Part shown: in pieces, positions 42,492 to 50,781 of the stretch
How the letters are laid out: each line of letters opens with the position of its first letter
Numbering within the stretch: position 1 is the stretch's first letter
DNA from: a candidate division FCPU426 bacterium
GTDB taxonomy: Bacteria; Oederibacteriota; JAJYGY01; DAIDJD01
Direction of reading: 5' to 3'
Assembly: GCA_027451505.1 (NCBI GenBank)
Contig: DAIDJD010000013.1
Span: forward strand, 1 to 54,629
DNA length: 54,629 bases
Made by a program: the position numbers and the translations under genes
The notes under the pieces: model-generated
Databases searched by the model: none
What the model saw: the letters and a program-made list of their open reading frames with translations, nothing else
Told to the model about the DNA's origin: nothing

Positions 42492-42527
42492 CCGGGGCGG
42501 GGGGGCCCTCCGGCCCCCCCGCCCCGG
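42492..42527 (-). terminator. GC-rich 16-bp hairpin downstream of cspA
   Basis: CCGGGGCGGGGGGGCC / GGCCCCCCCGCCCCGG arms, followed on the minus strand by CTTTTG (a short U-run). Confidence 0.55.
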
Positions 42528-42552
42528 AGATCGCCCGTGACGGGCGGCGAAA

Positions 42553-42762
42553 CTACTTGGCGGCCTCGACGTTGGCGGCCTGCGGACCCTTCTGCCCCTG
42601 CTCGATGTCGAAGGTGACCTCCTGCCCTTCGTTGAGCGTACGGAACCCCTGGCCCTTGATCGCCGAGAAGTGGACGAACACGTCCGGGCCCCCGTTCTGC
42701 TCCAGGAAGCCGAAGCCCTTCTTCTCGTTGAACCATTTGACCTTGCCCTTGACCGCGCCCAT
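42553..42762 (-). CDS. cspA: Cold-shock protein (CspA family)
   Basis: 69 aa. [15 protein letters not shown] (RNP1) and DVFVHFSAI (RNP2). Confidence 0.95.
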   Translation of the reverse strand: MGAVKGKVKWFNEKKGFGFLEQNGGPDVFVHFSAIKGQGFRTLNEGQEVTFDIEQGQKGPQAANVEAAK

Positions 42763-42908
42763 CGTGCCCTACCTCCTGCCGGTTGCCCCGCGTGCCGCTT
42801 TCGCGTCGCGCCCTGCCCCTATGGTCCCGGGCCCGCCGCGTGCCCGGTGAAAACCGGGACCCATTTTCACGCCCGGCGGGGCCTTTGGCAAAGCCAATTT
42901 TTGGGCCC

Positions 42909-44783
42909 TCAACGCCGCAGGCGGACCTCCGGAAGCAGGGCGTCCAGCACCTGGGCCACGCAGGCCTGGACCCCGGATTGGGCCGTGCGCAGGACCACCT
43001 CGGGCTCCTCGGGGGGTTCGTAAGGGCTGTCGATTCCGGTGAAGCGGGCGATCTCCCCGCGGCGCGCCTTGGCGTAGAGCCCCTTGGGGTCCCGGCCTTC
43101 GCAGACCTCCAGCGGGGCGTCGACGAAGACCTCCAGGAAGGGCACCCCGCGCTCGCGGGCCAACGCCCGCGCCCGCTGCCGGTCCTCCCGGAAGGGGGAG
43201 ATCAGGCTGGCGACCACCACGGTGGCGCTGTCGGCGAAGAGCAGGGCCACCTCGGCGGCCCGGCGGATGTTCTCCCGCCGGTCGGCGTCCCCGAAGGCCA
43301 GGTCGCGGTTGAGTCCGAAGCGCAGGTTGTCGCCGTCAAGCTGGTAGCAGTGCACCTGGCGCAGCGTCAACTCCCGCTCCAGGGCGTTGGCGATCGTGCT
43401 TTTGCCGCTGCCGCTGAGGCCCGTGAACCAGACCACGGCCCCGCGGTGGCCCTTGAGGGCCCAGCGTTCGGGGGCGCTCACCGACGCGGTGTTGTAGTGG
43501 AGGTCGGTGCTGGCGTGTTCGGCGTAGGCGTGCCCGATGACCACCCCGCCCCCCGCCATGTCGTTGCCGTCCACCAGCACGAAGCGCCCCGTGGCCGCGC
43601 AGGCGTCATGGTTGTCGAAGGCCACCGGCACCCGGGTGGCGAGGACCAGGTCCGCCACCTCGTTGCGCTGCACCGCCGAGGAGGGCCCGCGGGACTCCAG
43701 GGAGCCGGAGTCCAGGGTCGAACGCACCTCCTTGACCTGGACCTCCGCCTCCTGGGTGGCCAGCTTCAGCTTGTAGCGGCGCCCGGTTTCCAGGGGCCGT
43801 TTGCCCAGCCAGAACACGCGGGCGTGCACCTCGTGGGACTGGATCAGGGGCGTCTCGGCGCGGGTGGCGATGTGCCCGCGTTCCACGAAGATCTGCTCCG
43901 TCAACGTGAGCCCCACGCTCTCCCCGGCCGCCGCGCTGGTGGATTCGGGCGCGGACCAGCGCTCGATCGAGGCCACCCGGCTGCGCTTGCCCCCGGGCCA
44001 GAACACCAGCTCGTCGCCGACCTTGACGGAGCCGCTCTCGACCCTGCCGGCCAGGATGCGCCTGGCGTCGAACCGGTAGACGTCCTGGACCGGGAAGCGC
44101 AGCGCCGCCTCGGTGGGCGGGGCCGGGGCCTCGAAGCGGTCGAGCTGTTCGAGGACCGTGGGCCCCCGGTACCAGCCCAACCCCGGCTCCCCGGACGCGG
44201 GAGCGGCGACGTTGGCGCCCCCGCGCGCGCTCATGGGCAGGAAGGCCATGGGCTCCACGCCCAGGCCCTTCAGGAAAGCCCGGTACTCGCGCTCGATGCC
44301 CTCGAAGACGCCGCGGTCGTAGCCCACCAGGTCCATCTTGTTGACGAGCACCGCCACCTGCCGGATCCCCAGGAGGGACAGGAGGGTCCCGTGCCTGCGG
44401 CTCTGCTCCTGGACCCCCTCGTTGGCCGCGATCAACAGGAACGCCGCGTCGGCCTGGGCCGCGCCCGTGACCATGTTCTTGATGAATTCCTTGTGCCCCG
44501 GGGCGTCGATGATGACGTACTGGCGCTTGGGCGTGCGGAACCAGATCTGGGCCGTGTCGATGGTGATGTTCTGGTCGCGCTCGCTCTGGAGCGCGTCCAT
44601 GAGGAAGGCGAACTCGAAGTCCACCCCCCGGCGCCGGCAGCTCGCCTGGATGGCCTCAAGCTTGCCCTCGGGCAGGCTGCCCGTGTCGTGGAGCAGCCGG
44701 CCCACGAAGGTGGACTTGCCGTGGTCCACGTGGCCGACGATGACGATGCGGAGCTGGCGCTCCCCCTCCGCGAACGCGCTCAC
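42909..44783 (-). CDS. cysNC: Bifunctional sulfate adenylyltransferase subunit 1 / adenylylsulfate kinase (CysN-CysC fusion)
   Basis: The GTG at 44783 overlaps the cysD stop (GTGA); 624 aa. GTPase motifs [14 protein letters not shown] and NKMD. The C-terminal APS kinase has the P-loop GLSGSGKST. Confidence 0.92.
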   Translation of the reverse strand: MSAFAEGERQLRIVIVGHVDHGKSTFVGRLLHDTGSLPEGKLEAIQASCRRRGVDFEFAFLMDALQSERDQNITIDTAQIWFRTPKRQYVIIDAPGHKEFIKNMVTGAAQADAAFLLIAANEGVQEQSRRHGTLLSLLGIRQVAVLVNKMDLVGYDRGVFEGIEREYRAFLKGLGVEPMAFLPMSARGGANVAAPASGEPGLGWYRGPTVLEQLDRFEAPAPPTEAALRFPVQDVYRFDARRILAGRVESGSVKVGDELVFWPGGKRSRVASIERWSAPESTSAAAGESVGLTLTEQIFVERGHIATRAETPLIQSHEVHARVFWLGKRPLETGRRYKLKLATQEAEVQVKEVRSTLDSGSLESRGPSSAVQRNEVADLVLATRVPVAFDNHDACAATGRFVLVDGNDMAGGGVVIGHAYAEHASTDLHYNTASVSAPERWALKGHRGAVVWFTGLSGSGKSTIANALERELTLRQVHCYQLDGDNLRFGLNRDLAFGDADRRENIRRAAEVALLFADSATVVVASLISPFREDRQRARALARERGVPFLEVFVDAPLEVCEGRDPKGLYAKARRGEIARFTGIDSPYEPPEEPEVVLRTAQSGVQACVAQVLDALLPEVRLRR

Positions 44784-45607
44784 ATGTACCCCTGCGCGCG
44801 CAGCTGCTCGAAGGCGTGCTCGCTCTCGGAGTCCTGGGCCCGGGTGCTGCGCTCGGCCACCTTGGTGTGGCGGAGCTCCTCCAGGATCTGGGGGATCGTC
44901 ACCGCGTGGCTCTCGACCGGGCTGGTGCAGGGCGCGCATCCGAGGCTGCGGTAGCGCCGACCGTCGCGGGCGAAATACAGGTCCGTGATGGGGATGCGCT
45001 CCCGTTCGATGTACTCCCAGATGTTGATCTCGGTCCAGTGCAGCAGGGGGTGGATGCGGATGTGCGTGCCCGGCTCGAAGTCGGTCTTGAACTGGTCCCA
45101 CAACTCCGGCGGCTGGTCCTTGAAGTCCCACTCGAAATTCTTGTCCCGCGGCGAGAAGTACCGTTCCTTGGCCCGGGTGCCCTCCTCGTCGCGGCGGATG
45201 CCCACGAAGACGGCCGTGTAGCCCTTGGCGTGCAGGGTTTCCTGGAGGGCGTCCTTCTTCAGGCGCCCGCAGCACTCGACCCGGGTCGCCTTGCCGTTGG
45301 GGAAGGTGAGCCCGGAGCGCAGCGCCTCGGTGTTCTGGCCGACGACCAGGTCGAGCCCCCATTCCTTGGCCATGCGGTCGCGGAATGCGATCATCTCGGG
45401 GATCTTGTAGCTGGTGTCCACGTGCACGCAGGGGAAGGGGACGCTCCCCAGGAAGGCCTTGCGCGCCAGCCAAAGGAGCACGCTGGAGTCCTTGCCGATG
45501 CTCCAGAGCATGGCCAGGTTCTCGAACTTGGCGAAGGCCTCGCGGATGATGTAGACGGACTGGGCCTCCAGTCGGTCCAGGTGCTCGTAACGGGGACTGG
45601 CGTTCAC
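44780..45607 (-). CDS. cysD: Sulfate adenylyltransferase subunit 2
   Basis: GTG at 45607 is proposed ([23 protein letters not shown]… aligns with the E. coli CysD N-terminus). [14 protein letters not shown]-loop; ends …LRAQGYM. The track start at 45868 is over-extended. Confidence 0.88.
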   Translation of the reverse strand: MNASPRYEHLDRLEAQSVYIIREAFAKFENLAMLWSIGKDSSVLLWLARKAFLGSVPFPCVHVDTSYKIPEMIAFRDRMAKEWGLDLVVGQNTEALRSGLTFPNGKATRVECCGRLKKDALQETLHAKGYTAVFVGIRRDEEGTRAKERYFSPRDKNFEWDFKDQPPELWDQFKTDFEPGTHIRIHPLLHWTEINIWEYIERERIPITDLYFARDGRRYRSLGCAPCTSPVESHAVTIPQILEELRHTKVAERSTRAQDSESEHAFEQLRAQGYM

Positions 45608-45690
45608 GGTAGGCGCGACCTCGAAAGGGTGGATGGCGCGCCGCGGAAGGGCGCTTAGACTCGTCGGCGCGGCGACGCAAGGCGCGGGAT

Positions 45691-46674
45691 TCAGGGCCGC
45701 GCCCCCGGCACCGCGGGCCGTTCCTCGAACAGGCCGCTGTAGAGCACGGTGCTGACGTAGCGGTCGCCGGCGTCCGGAAGCACCGCCACGATGCTGCGCC
45801 CGGCGAAGGCCGGTTCCGCGGCCAGGCGCGCCGCGGCCGCCACGGCGGCCCCGCTGCTGATCCCGCACAGCAGGCCCTCCTCGCGGGCCAGCCGCCGGGT
45901 CATGACCAGGGCGTCGCGGTCCTTGACCGTCTCGATCCGATCGATCACGGAGAAGTCGAGCACCTTGGGAACGAAGCCCGCCCCTATGCCCTGGATGAGG
46001 GTCCCGGCGGGCTCCAGGGGCCGCCCCTCCAGGTGCCGGGTCAGCGCGGGAAGGCTGGCGGGTTCCACGGCCACCACGGTCACGTCGGCCCCCCGGTCCC
46101 GCTTGAAGTAGGTCCCCAGCCCGGTGACCGTGCCCCCCGTGCCGACCGAGGCCACCACGGCGGCGGGGGGGCCGCCCAGGTCGGCCTCCAGCTCCGGCCC
46201 GGTGGTGCGGCGGTGGATGAGCGGGTTGGCCGGGTTCTCGAACTGGCGCGTGTAGTAGTAGGCCCCCGGGCGCTCCCGCTCCAGTCGCTCGGCCTCCTCC
46301 ACCGCCCCCTGCATGCCGCGCCCCGGGTCGGTGAGCGCCACCTCGGCCCCGAGCATGCGCAGGAGCTTCATGCGCTCCTCGCTCATGCCCTCCTGCATGA
46401 CCAGGGTCAGCTTGTATCCCTTGGCCGCGGCGACCGCCGCCAACCCGATGCCGGTGTTCCCGCTGCTGGCCTCGAGCAGCCGCATGCCGGGGCGCAGCAA
46501 CCCGGCCCGTTCGGCCTCCAGGACCATTCCGGCGGCCACGCGGTCCTTGAGGCTGTAGGCGGGGTTGCGCCCCTCCACCTTCCCGAACACCGCCGCGCCC
46601 CCGGGCGCCACGCGGTTGAGGCGCACCAGGGGCGTGCCGCCTATGGCCAGGGAGTTGTCCCCGAACATGCCCAT
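45691..46674 (-). CDS. cysK: Cysteine synthase (O-acetylserine sulfhydrylase; CysK versus CysM not distinguishable by eye)
   Basis: ATG at 46674; 327 aa. PLP-lysine region NPAYSLKDR, plus [10 protein letters not shown] and GTGGTVTG. Confidence 0.88.
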   Translation of the reverse strand: MGMFGDNSLAIGGTPLVRLNRVAPGGAAVFGKVEGRNPAYSLKDRVAAGMVLEAERAGLLRPGMRLLEASSGNTGIGLAAVAAAKGYKLTLVMQEGMSEERMKLLRMLGAEVALTDPGRGMQGAVEEAERLERERPGAYYYTRQFENPANPLIHRRTTGPELEADLGGPPAAVVASVGTGGTVTGLGTYFKRDRGADVTVVAVEPASLPALTRHLEGRPLEPAGTLIQGIGAGFVPKVLDFSVIDRIETVKDRDALVMTRRLAREEGLLCGISSGAAVAAAARLAAEPAFAGRSIVAVLPDAGDRYVSTVLYSGLFEERPAVPGARP

Positions 46675-46685
46675 GCCCGGCACCC

Positions 46686-47330
46686 TCAGGCCTTGGCCGA
46701 CGGGTCCTTGACCAGGCGCAGGTAGGGCTTCACCACCTTGACCCCCCCGGGAAAGCGCCTCTGGATCTCGGCCTCGTCCTTGAGCGCGGGGACGATGATG
46801 ACGTCCTCGCCCTTCCTCCAGTTCACGGGCGTGGCGACCTTGTGCTGCTGGGTGAGCTGGAGGCTGTCGATCACCCGCAGGATCTCGTCGAAGTTCCTGC
46901 CCGTGCTGGCGGGATAGGTGATGATGGCCTTGACCTTCTTGTCGGGCCCGATGAAGAAGACGCTGCGCACCGTGGTCTTGTCGTCGGCGTTGGGGTGGAT
47001 CATGTCGTAGAGGGCGGCCACTTTGCGGTCCGGGTCCGCCAGGACGGGGAAGTTCACGGCCGTGCCCTGGGTCTCGGCGATGTCCGGGAGCCAGCCGTCG
47101 TGGCTCCGGCGGTCGTCCACGCTCAGGGCCAGGACCTTGACGTCGCGCTTGTCGAATTCCGGCTTCAGGCGCGCGGTGACGCCCAGCTCCGTGGTGCACA
47201 CCGGGGTGAAGTCGGCGGGGTGTGAGAACAGCAGCCCCCAGCTTTGGCCCAGGTATTCATGGAAGCGGATGCGTCCTTGGGTGGAATCCTGCTCGAAATC
47301 GGGGGCGATGTCCCCGAGGCGAAGCGCCAT
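46686..47330 (-). CDS. 1-Cys peroxiredoxin (Prx6 subfamily)
   Basis: ATG at 47330 with GGAGG 6 nt upstream; 214 aa. [13 protein letters not shown]…[20 protein letters not shown]. Confidence 0.9.
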   Translation of the reverse strand: MALRLGDIAPDFEQDSTQGRIRFHEYLGQSWGLLFSHPADFTPVCTTELGVTARLKPEFDKRDVKVLALSVDDRRSHDGWLPDIAETQGTAVNFPVLADPDRKVAALYDMIHPNADDKTTVRSVFFIGPDKKVKAIITYPASTGRNFDEILRVIDSLQLTQQHKVATPVNWRKGEDVIIVPALKDEAEIQRRFPGGVKVVKPYLRLVKDPSAKA

Positions 47331-47394
47331 GGCGACCTCCGGATCTTGGATGGCGGGGGCGTCCGCCGACGAAGGACCGTAGCTGTGTCCTTGC

Positions 47395-47513
47395 ACTAAT
47401 CTACGATATTTTTAAATATAAGTTTACTAAAAAAGTATGATTACTTTTAATTTTTATTTATTACCCAGTTGTACCAAGAAAATCCAATTTAAAATAAAAA
47501 TATTGTATTTTTG
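47395..47513 (-). promoter_or_regulatory. Extreme AT-rich island between tyrS and the prx-cys operon (probable promoter/regulatory region)
   Basis: By my count there are 20 G/C in the 120 nt 47401-47520, inside ~70% GC DNA. Several -35/-10-like hexamers occur on the minus strand (for example TTGGAT-17 nt-GTAATA). Contains the small dyad ATATTT-tt-AAATAT at 47406-47419. The exact promoter is not resolved. Confidence 0.4.
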
Positions 47514-48851
47514 TTAATTTATGGATTTGCTTTCAAACCGAAGGTATTGGCGCTTGCCTACCTTCACCACCTTGCCGGCCAAGTCTTCCGATGGCCGCAG
47601 AAGGGCCGCTTCCTCCATGGGGACATAGGCCTCCCCCTCCAGCACCTGGATCCCCTTCTGCTGGATGAGGCGGCGCACTTGGCTCGCGCTCTCGCCCGTG
47701 GCCGCGCGCAGCGCGTCCAGCACTTTGACCCCGGCTTCCAGACGCAGGGACCGGGTGTCGTCGGGCACCAGCACCTTGCGGGCGCCGAACTTCTGGTCAA
47801 AGGCCTCCTCGGCGTCGCGCGCGGCGGAGCGCTCACCGCGCGCGAAGAGCGTCGTGACCACCCTCGCCAGAAGGCGCTTGGCGTCCTTGGGATGGACGTC
47901 CCCGCGCTCGGCCGCGGCCCGTAGCTCCGCCAGCTCACCCGACCGGATCTCGGTGAGCTCGCGGTACCAGATCCACATCACCTCGTCGGGCACCGACAGC
48001 ACCTTGGCGTAGTGCTCGGCCGGGTCCGCCGCCACGGGGATGTGGTTGGCCCCGGTCTTGGACATCTTCTTGAGGCGGCCCTGGGCGTCGCGCTCCCCGG
48101 TCGTGCCGGGCAGCAGGTCGAAGCACACGAAGCTCTCAGGCCGCTGCCCGGCGGCCTCCATCATGCCCCGGCAAATGTGGAAATTCAGGAACTGGTCGAT
48201 GCCGCCGACCTCCACGTCGGTGCGCAGGGTCACCGAGTCGTAGCCCATCAGGAGCGGGTATTCCGCCTCGGCCAGGCTCAGGGCCGCCCCCGCATCCAGG
48301 CGCCGGCGGAAGTCCTCGCGCTGCAGAAGGGAGCCCATGCCGATCCCCCGCGTGACCTTGAGCCAGTCCGAGAGGGAAAGCTTGCCCAGCCAGGAGCTGT
48401 TGTAATGGACCGTCACCTGGGGGGAGGCCAGGTCCAGGACGCGGGCCGCTTGCCCCGTGAAGACCCCCGCGTTGGCCCGGACCTGAGCCTCGTCCAGCGC
48501 CGGGCGCTCCTCGACCCGGCCGCTGGGATCGCCCACCATGGCCGTGAAATCCCCGAAGATGAGGTCGAGCCGATGGCCCATGCGCAGGATGCGGCGCAGG
48601 TTGACCAGGGGAATGGCATGGCCCAGATGGATGGACGCGGCGGTGGCGTCGATGCCGAGCTTGAAGCGCAGCGGCCGCCCTTGGGCGCGGCTCTCCTTGA
48701 GGCGCTCCAGGAGGCCGGAGGGCGTGACGATGCTCTCCCCGGACCCGGCCTTCTCCCGGATCAGGTCGAACTGCTCCTGGGGCGAAAGGCCGGAAAGGTC
48801 GGGAAGGGGCGCCAGGAGGCGCTCCTCAAGGGCGGCGAGATCGAAGGCCAT
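47514..48851 (-). CDS. tyrS: Tyrosyl-tRNA synthetase
   Basis: ATG at 48851; 445 aa. HIGH motif (SIHLGHAIPL), KMSKS motif (KKMSKTG) and a C-terminal S4-like domain. Confidence 0.88.
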   Translation of the reverse strand: MAFDLAALEERLLAPLPDLSGLSPQEQFDLIREKAGSGESIVTPSGLLERLKESRAQGRPLRFKLGIDATAASIHLGHAIPLVNLRRILRMGHRLDLIFGDFTAMVGDPSGRVEERPALDEAQVRANAGVFTGQAARVLDLASPQVTVHYNSSWLGKLSLSDWLKVTRGIGMGSLLQREDFRRRLDAGAALSLAEAEYPLLMGYDSVTLRTDVEVGGIDQFLNFHICRGMMEAAGQRPESFVCFDLLPGTTGERDAQGRLKKMSKTGANHIPVAADPAEHYAKVLSVPDEVMWIWYRELTEIRSGELAELRAAAERGDVHPKDAKRLLARVVTTLFARGERSAARDAEEAFDQKFGARKVLVPDDTRSLRLEAGVKVLDALRAATGESASQVRRLIQQKGIQVLEGEAYVPMEEAALLRPSEDLAGKVVKVGKRQYLRFESKSIN

Positions 48852-48926
48852 GGGGGTCCGTATCGGCAAGGGTCGGGGAAGCACTTTGCCCAAGGCGCGG
48901 CGAAAACGCAAGGCCGGGGCGGCGGA

Positions 48927-49823
48927 TCAAAGGAGGTGGTTCAAAGCCTCGCCGATGTAGGGGTGCTCCCAATCGAAACCGGCCTCCCGCAGGCGGCGGG
49001 GAGCGGCCCGCTGGCCCGAAAGGAGCAGCGCATCGGCCATTTCGCCGAAGGCCGCCCTGAGCAGGGCGGCCGGCACGGGCAGCAGGGCCGGACGGCTGAG
49101 GGCCCGGCCAAGGCTTTGGGTGAGGACGCGGTTGGTGACCGGGTTCGGCGCGCAGAGGTTGTAGGGCCCGGCGGCCTCCGCGGACTCCAACAGGAAGAGC
49201 GCCGCGCGCACCGCGTCGGGCAGCGAGATCCAGCTCATCCACTGGCGCCCGGAGCCCAGGCGTCCGCCCAGACCCAGACGGAAAGCCGGTAGCATCCGCC
49301 CCAGCACCCCTCCCCCGGGGCCCAGCACCACCCCGAACCTGAGGTGGAGCACGCGGATCCCGGAATCCCCTGCGCGGGCGGCCTCGGCCTCCCAGCGACC
49401 GCACAACGAGGCCAGGAACCCGGCTCCGGCGGCGCTGGATTCGTCCAATTCCTCGTCGCCACGGTCGCCGTAGTAGCCCACGGCGGAGGCCGCCAGGAGA
49501 ACCCGCGGACGGGCCCTTGCGGCGGCGAGGGAATCCACCAGCAGGCGCGTGGCGCGGATGCGGCTGTGCTCGATGCGCAGCTTCACCGCCTCGCTCCACT
49601 TAGGTCCGGCGATGCCCTCCCCGGCCAGGTGGATGACGGCGTCCAAACCCTCCAGGGCCCCGGGATCGAGGCGCCCCTGCTGGGGGTCCCAGGACAGGAG
49701 CCGGGGATCGGAAGGGTCGAGAGGACCGCGGGTGAGGCGCAACACTTCGTGGCGCTTGCGCCCCAGGGCCGCCACCACGTGACGCCCCAGGAACCCGGTC
49801 GCCCCGGTCACCAAAATGCGCAT
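48927..49823 (-). CDS. TIGR01777-type SDR/epimerase-family protein (NAD-binding domain + DUF1731)
   Basis: ATG at 49823 with GGAGG 6 nt upstream. MRILVTGATGFLGRHVV…; the C-terminal part (…QRAAPRRLREAGFDWEHP) is typical of YfcH-like proteins. Confidence 0.85.
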   Translation of the reverse strand: MRILVTGATGFLGRHVVAALGRKRHEVLRLTRGPLDPSDPRLLSWDPQQGRLDPGALEGLDAVIHLAGEGIAGPKWSEAVKLRIEHSRIRATRLLVDSLAAARARPRVLLAASAVGYYGDRGDEELDESSAAGAGFLASLCGRWEAEAARAGDSGIRVLHLRFGVVLGPGGGVLGRMLPAFRLGLGGRLGSGRQWMSWISLPDAVRAALFLLESAEAAGPYNLCAPNPVTNRVLTQSLGRALSRPALLPVPAALLRAAFGEMADALLLSGQRAAPRRLREAGFDWEHPYIGEALNHLL

Positions 49824-49941
49824 GGGAGCCTCCGCGGGCGCGCCCACCCCCCGGGGCGCCCTTAGCGACCATGTTCCCACGCCGCATGTCCCCTGTCACC
49901 CCCGGCCCCGGACCCGGGTTCCGCAAGGCCCTGGTCGCGCC

Positions 49942-49947
49942 TATAAT
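49942..49947 (+). promoter_or_regulatory. Candidate -10 box (TATAAT) for tRNA-Ser
   Basis: A perfect TATAAT ends 11 nt before the tRNA 5' end. The -35 (TTCCGC) at 17-nt spacing is weak. Confidence 0.4.
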
Positions 49948-49958
49948 GGCGCCCTTAG

Positions 49959-50045
49959 GGAAGGGTGGCCGAGCGGTTTAAGGCAGCAGACTTGAAATCT
50001 GCCGTGGGGGCGACCCCACCGTGAGTTCGAATCTCACCCCTTCCG
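49959..50045 (+). tRNA. tRNA-Ser (anticodon UGA)
   Basis: The 7-bp acceptor stem GGAAGGG/CCCTTCC, anticodon loop CUUGAAA, long variable arm and T-arm GTGAG-TTCGAAT-CTCAC were all folded by eye. Very similar to E. coli tRNA-Ser(UGA). CCA is not encoded. Confidence 0.9.
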
Positions 50046-50097
50046 GACTTTTACGGACCCACGCCCGGGGCGGGCCGCGCCGGGGCGCCTTGGCCCC

Positions 50098-50781
50098 TCA
50101 GCCCCGCAGGCGGTAGCCCACCCCGGGTTCGGTGAGGATCCATTCGGGCTGGGCGGGATCGGCCTCAAGTTTCTTCCTCAAACTGGCGGCGTAGATGCGC
50201 AGATAGTGGCTGTGTTCGACCGCGTTCGGCCCCCAAACGCGCTTGAGCAGCTCGCGCTGGGTCACCACCTTGCCCAGGTTCAGCGCCAAGACCCTCAGGA
50301 AATCGAACTCCGTCGCGGTCAGCTTGACCGGCGCCCCGGAACGCTCCACCAAGTGCCCGGCTAGGTCGATGCGCAAGGGCCCCGCCTGGACCACGGGCTC
50401 GGGCCGCTCCCCCCGGCTGTGGCGCTCCAGTACCCTCAGCCGGGCCAGCAACTCGGGCACGCTGAAGGGCTTGGTCAGGTAGTCGTCGGCCCCCGCGTCC
50501 AAAAGGGCCACCTTGTCGGCCTCGGAATCCTGCACCGTGAGGATGAGCACGGGCACCTGGCTCCATTGGCGCAGGCGCTCGAGGACGCGCAGGCCGGGGG
50601 TGTCGGGCAGCCCCAGGTCCAGGACCACCAGTTCGGGGGCCTGGGTGGCGGCCTGGCGCAGGCCCGCCTCCCCGTCGGATGCCTCCACCACGGCGTAGCC
50701 GGCGCCCTCAAGGCCGGCGCGAAGGAGACGCCGTATGGCCGTCTCGTCGTCCACGACCAGCACCCTTCGGGCGTTCTTCAT
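50098..50781 (-). CDS. kdpE: KdpE response regulator (OmpR family)
   Basis: 227 aa. The ATG at 50781 overlaps the kdpD stop (ATGA). REC domain plus a winged helix (…LTEPGVGYRL). Confidence 0.9.
   Translation of the reverse strand: MKNARRVLVVDDETAIRRLLRAGLEGAGYAVVEASDGEAGLRQAATQAPELVVLDLGLPDTPGLRVLERLRQWSQVPVLILTVQDSEADKVALLDAGADDYLTKPFSVPELLARLRVLERHSRGERPEPVVQAGPLRIDLAGHLVERSGAPVKLTATEFDFLRVLALNLGKVVTQRELLKRVWGPNAVEHSHYLRIYAASLRKKLEADPAQPEWILTEPGVGYRLRG

Noticed and set aside
50046-50097. A possible terminator hairpin between tRNA-Ser and the convergent kdpE.
   Set aside because: The segment is GC-rich, but I could not draw a clean stem followed by a U-run on either strand.
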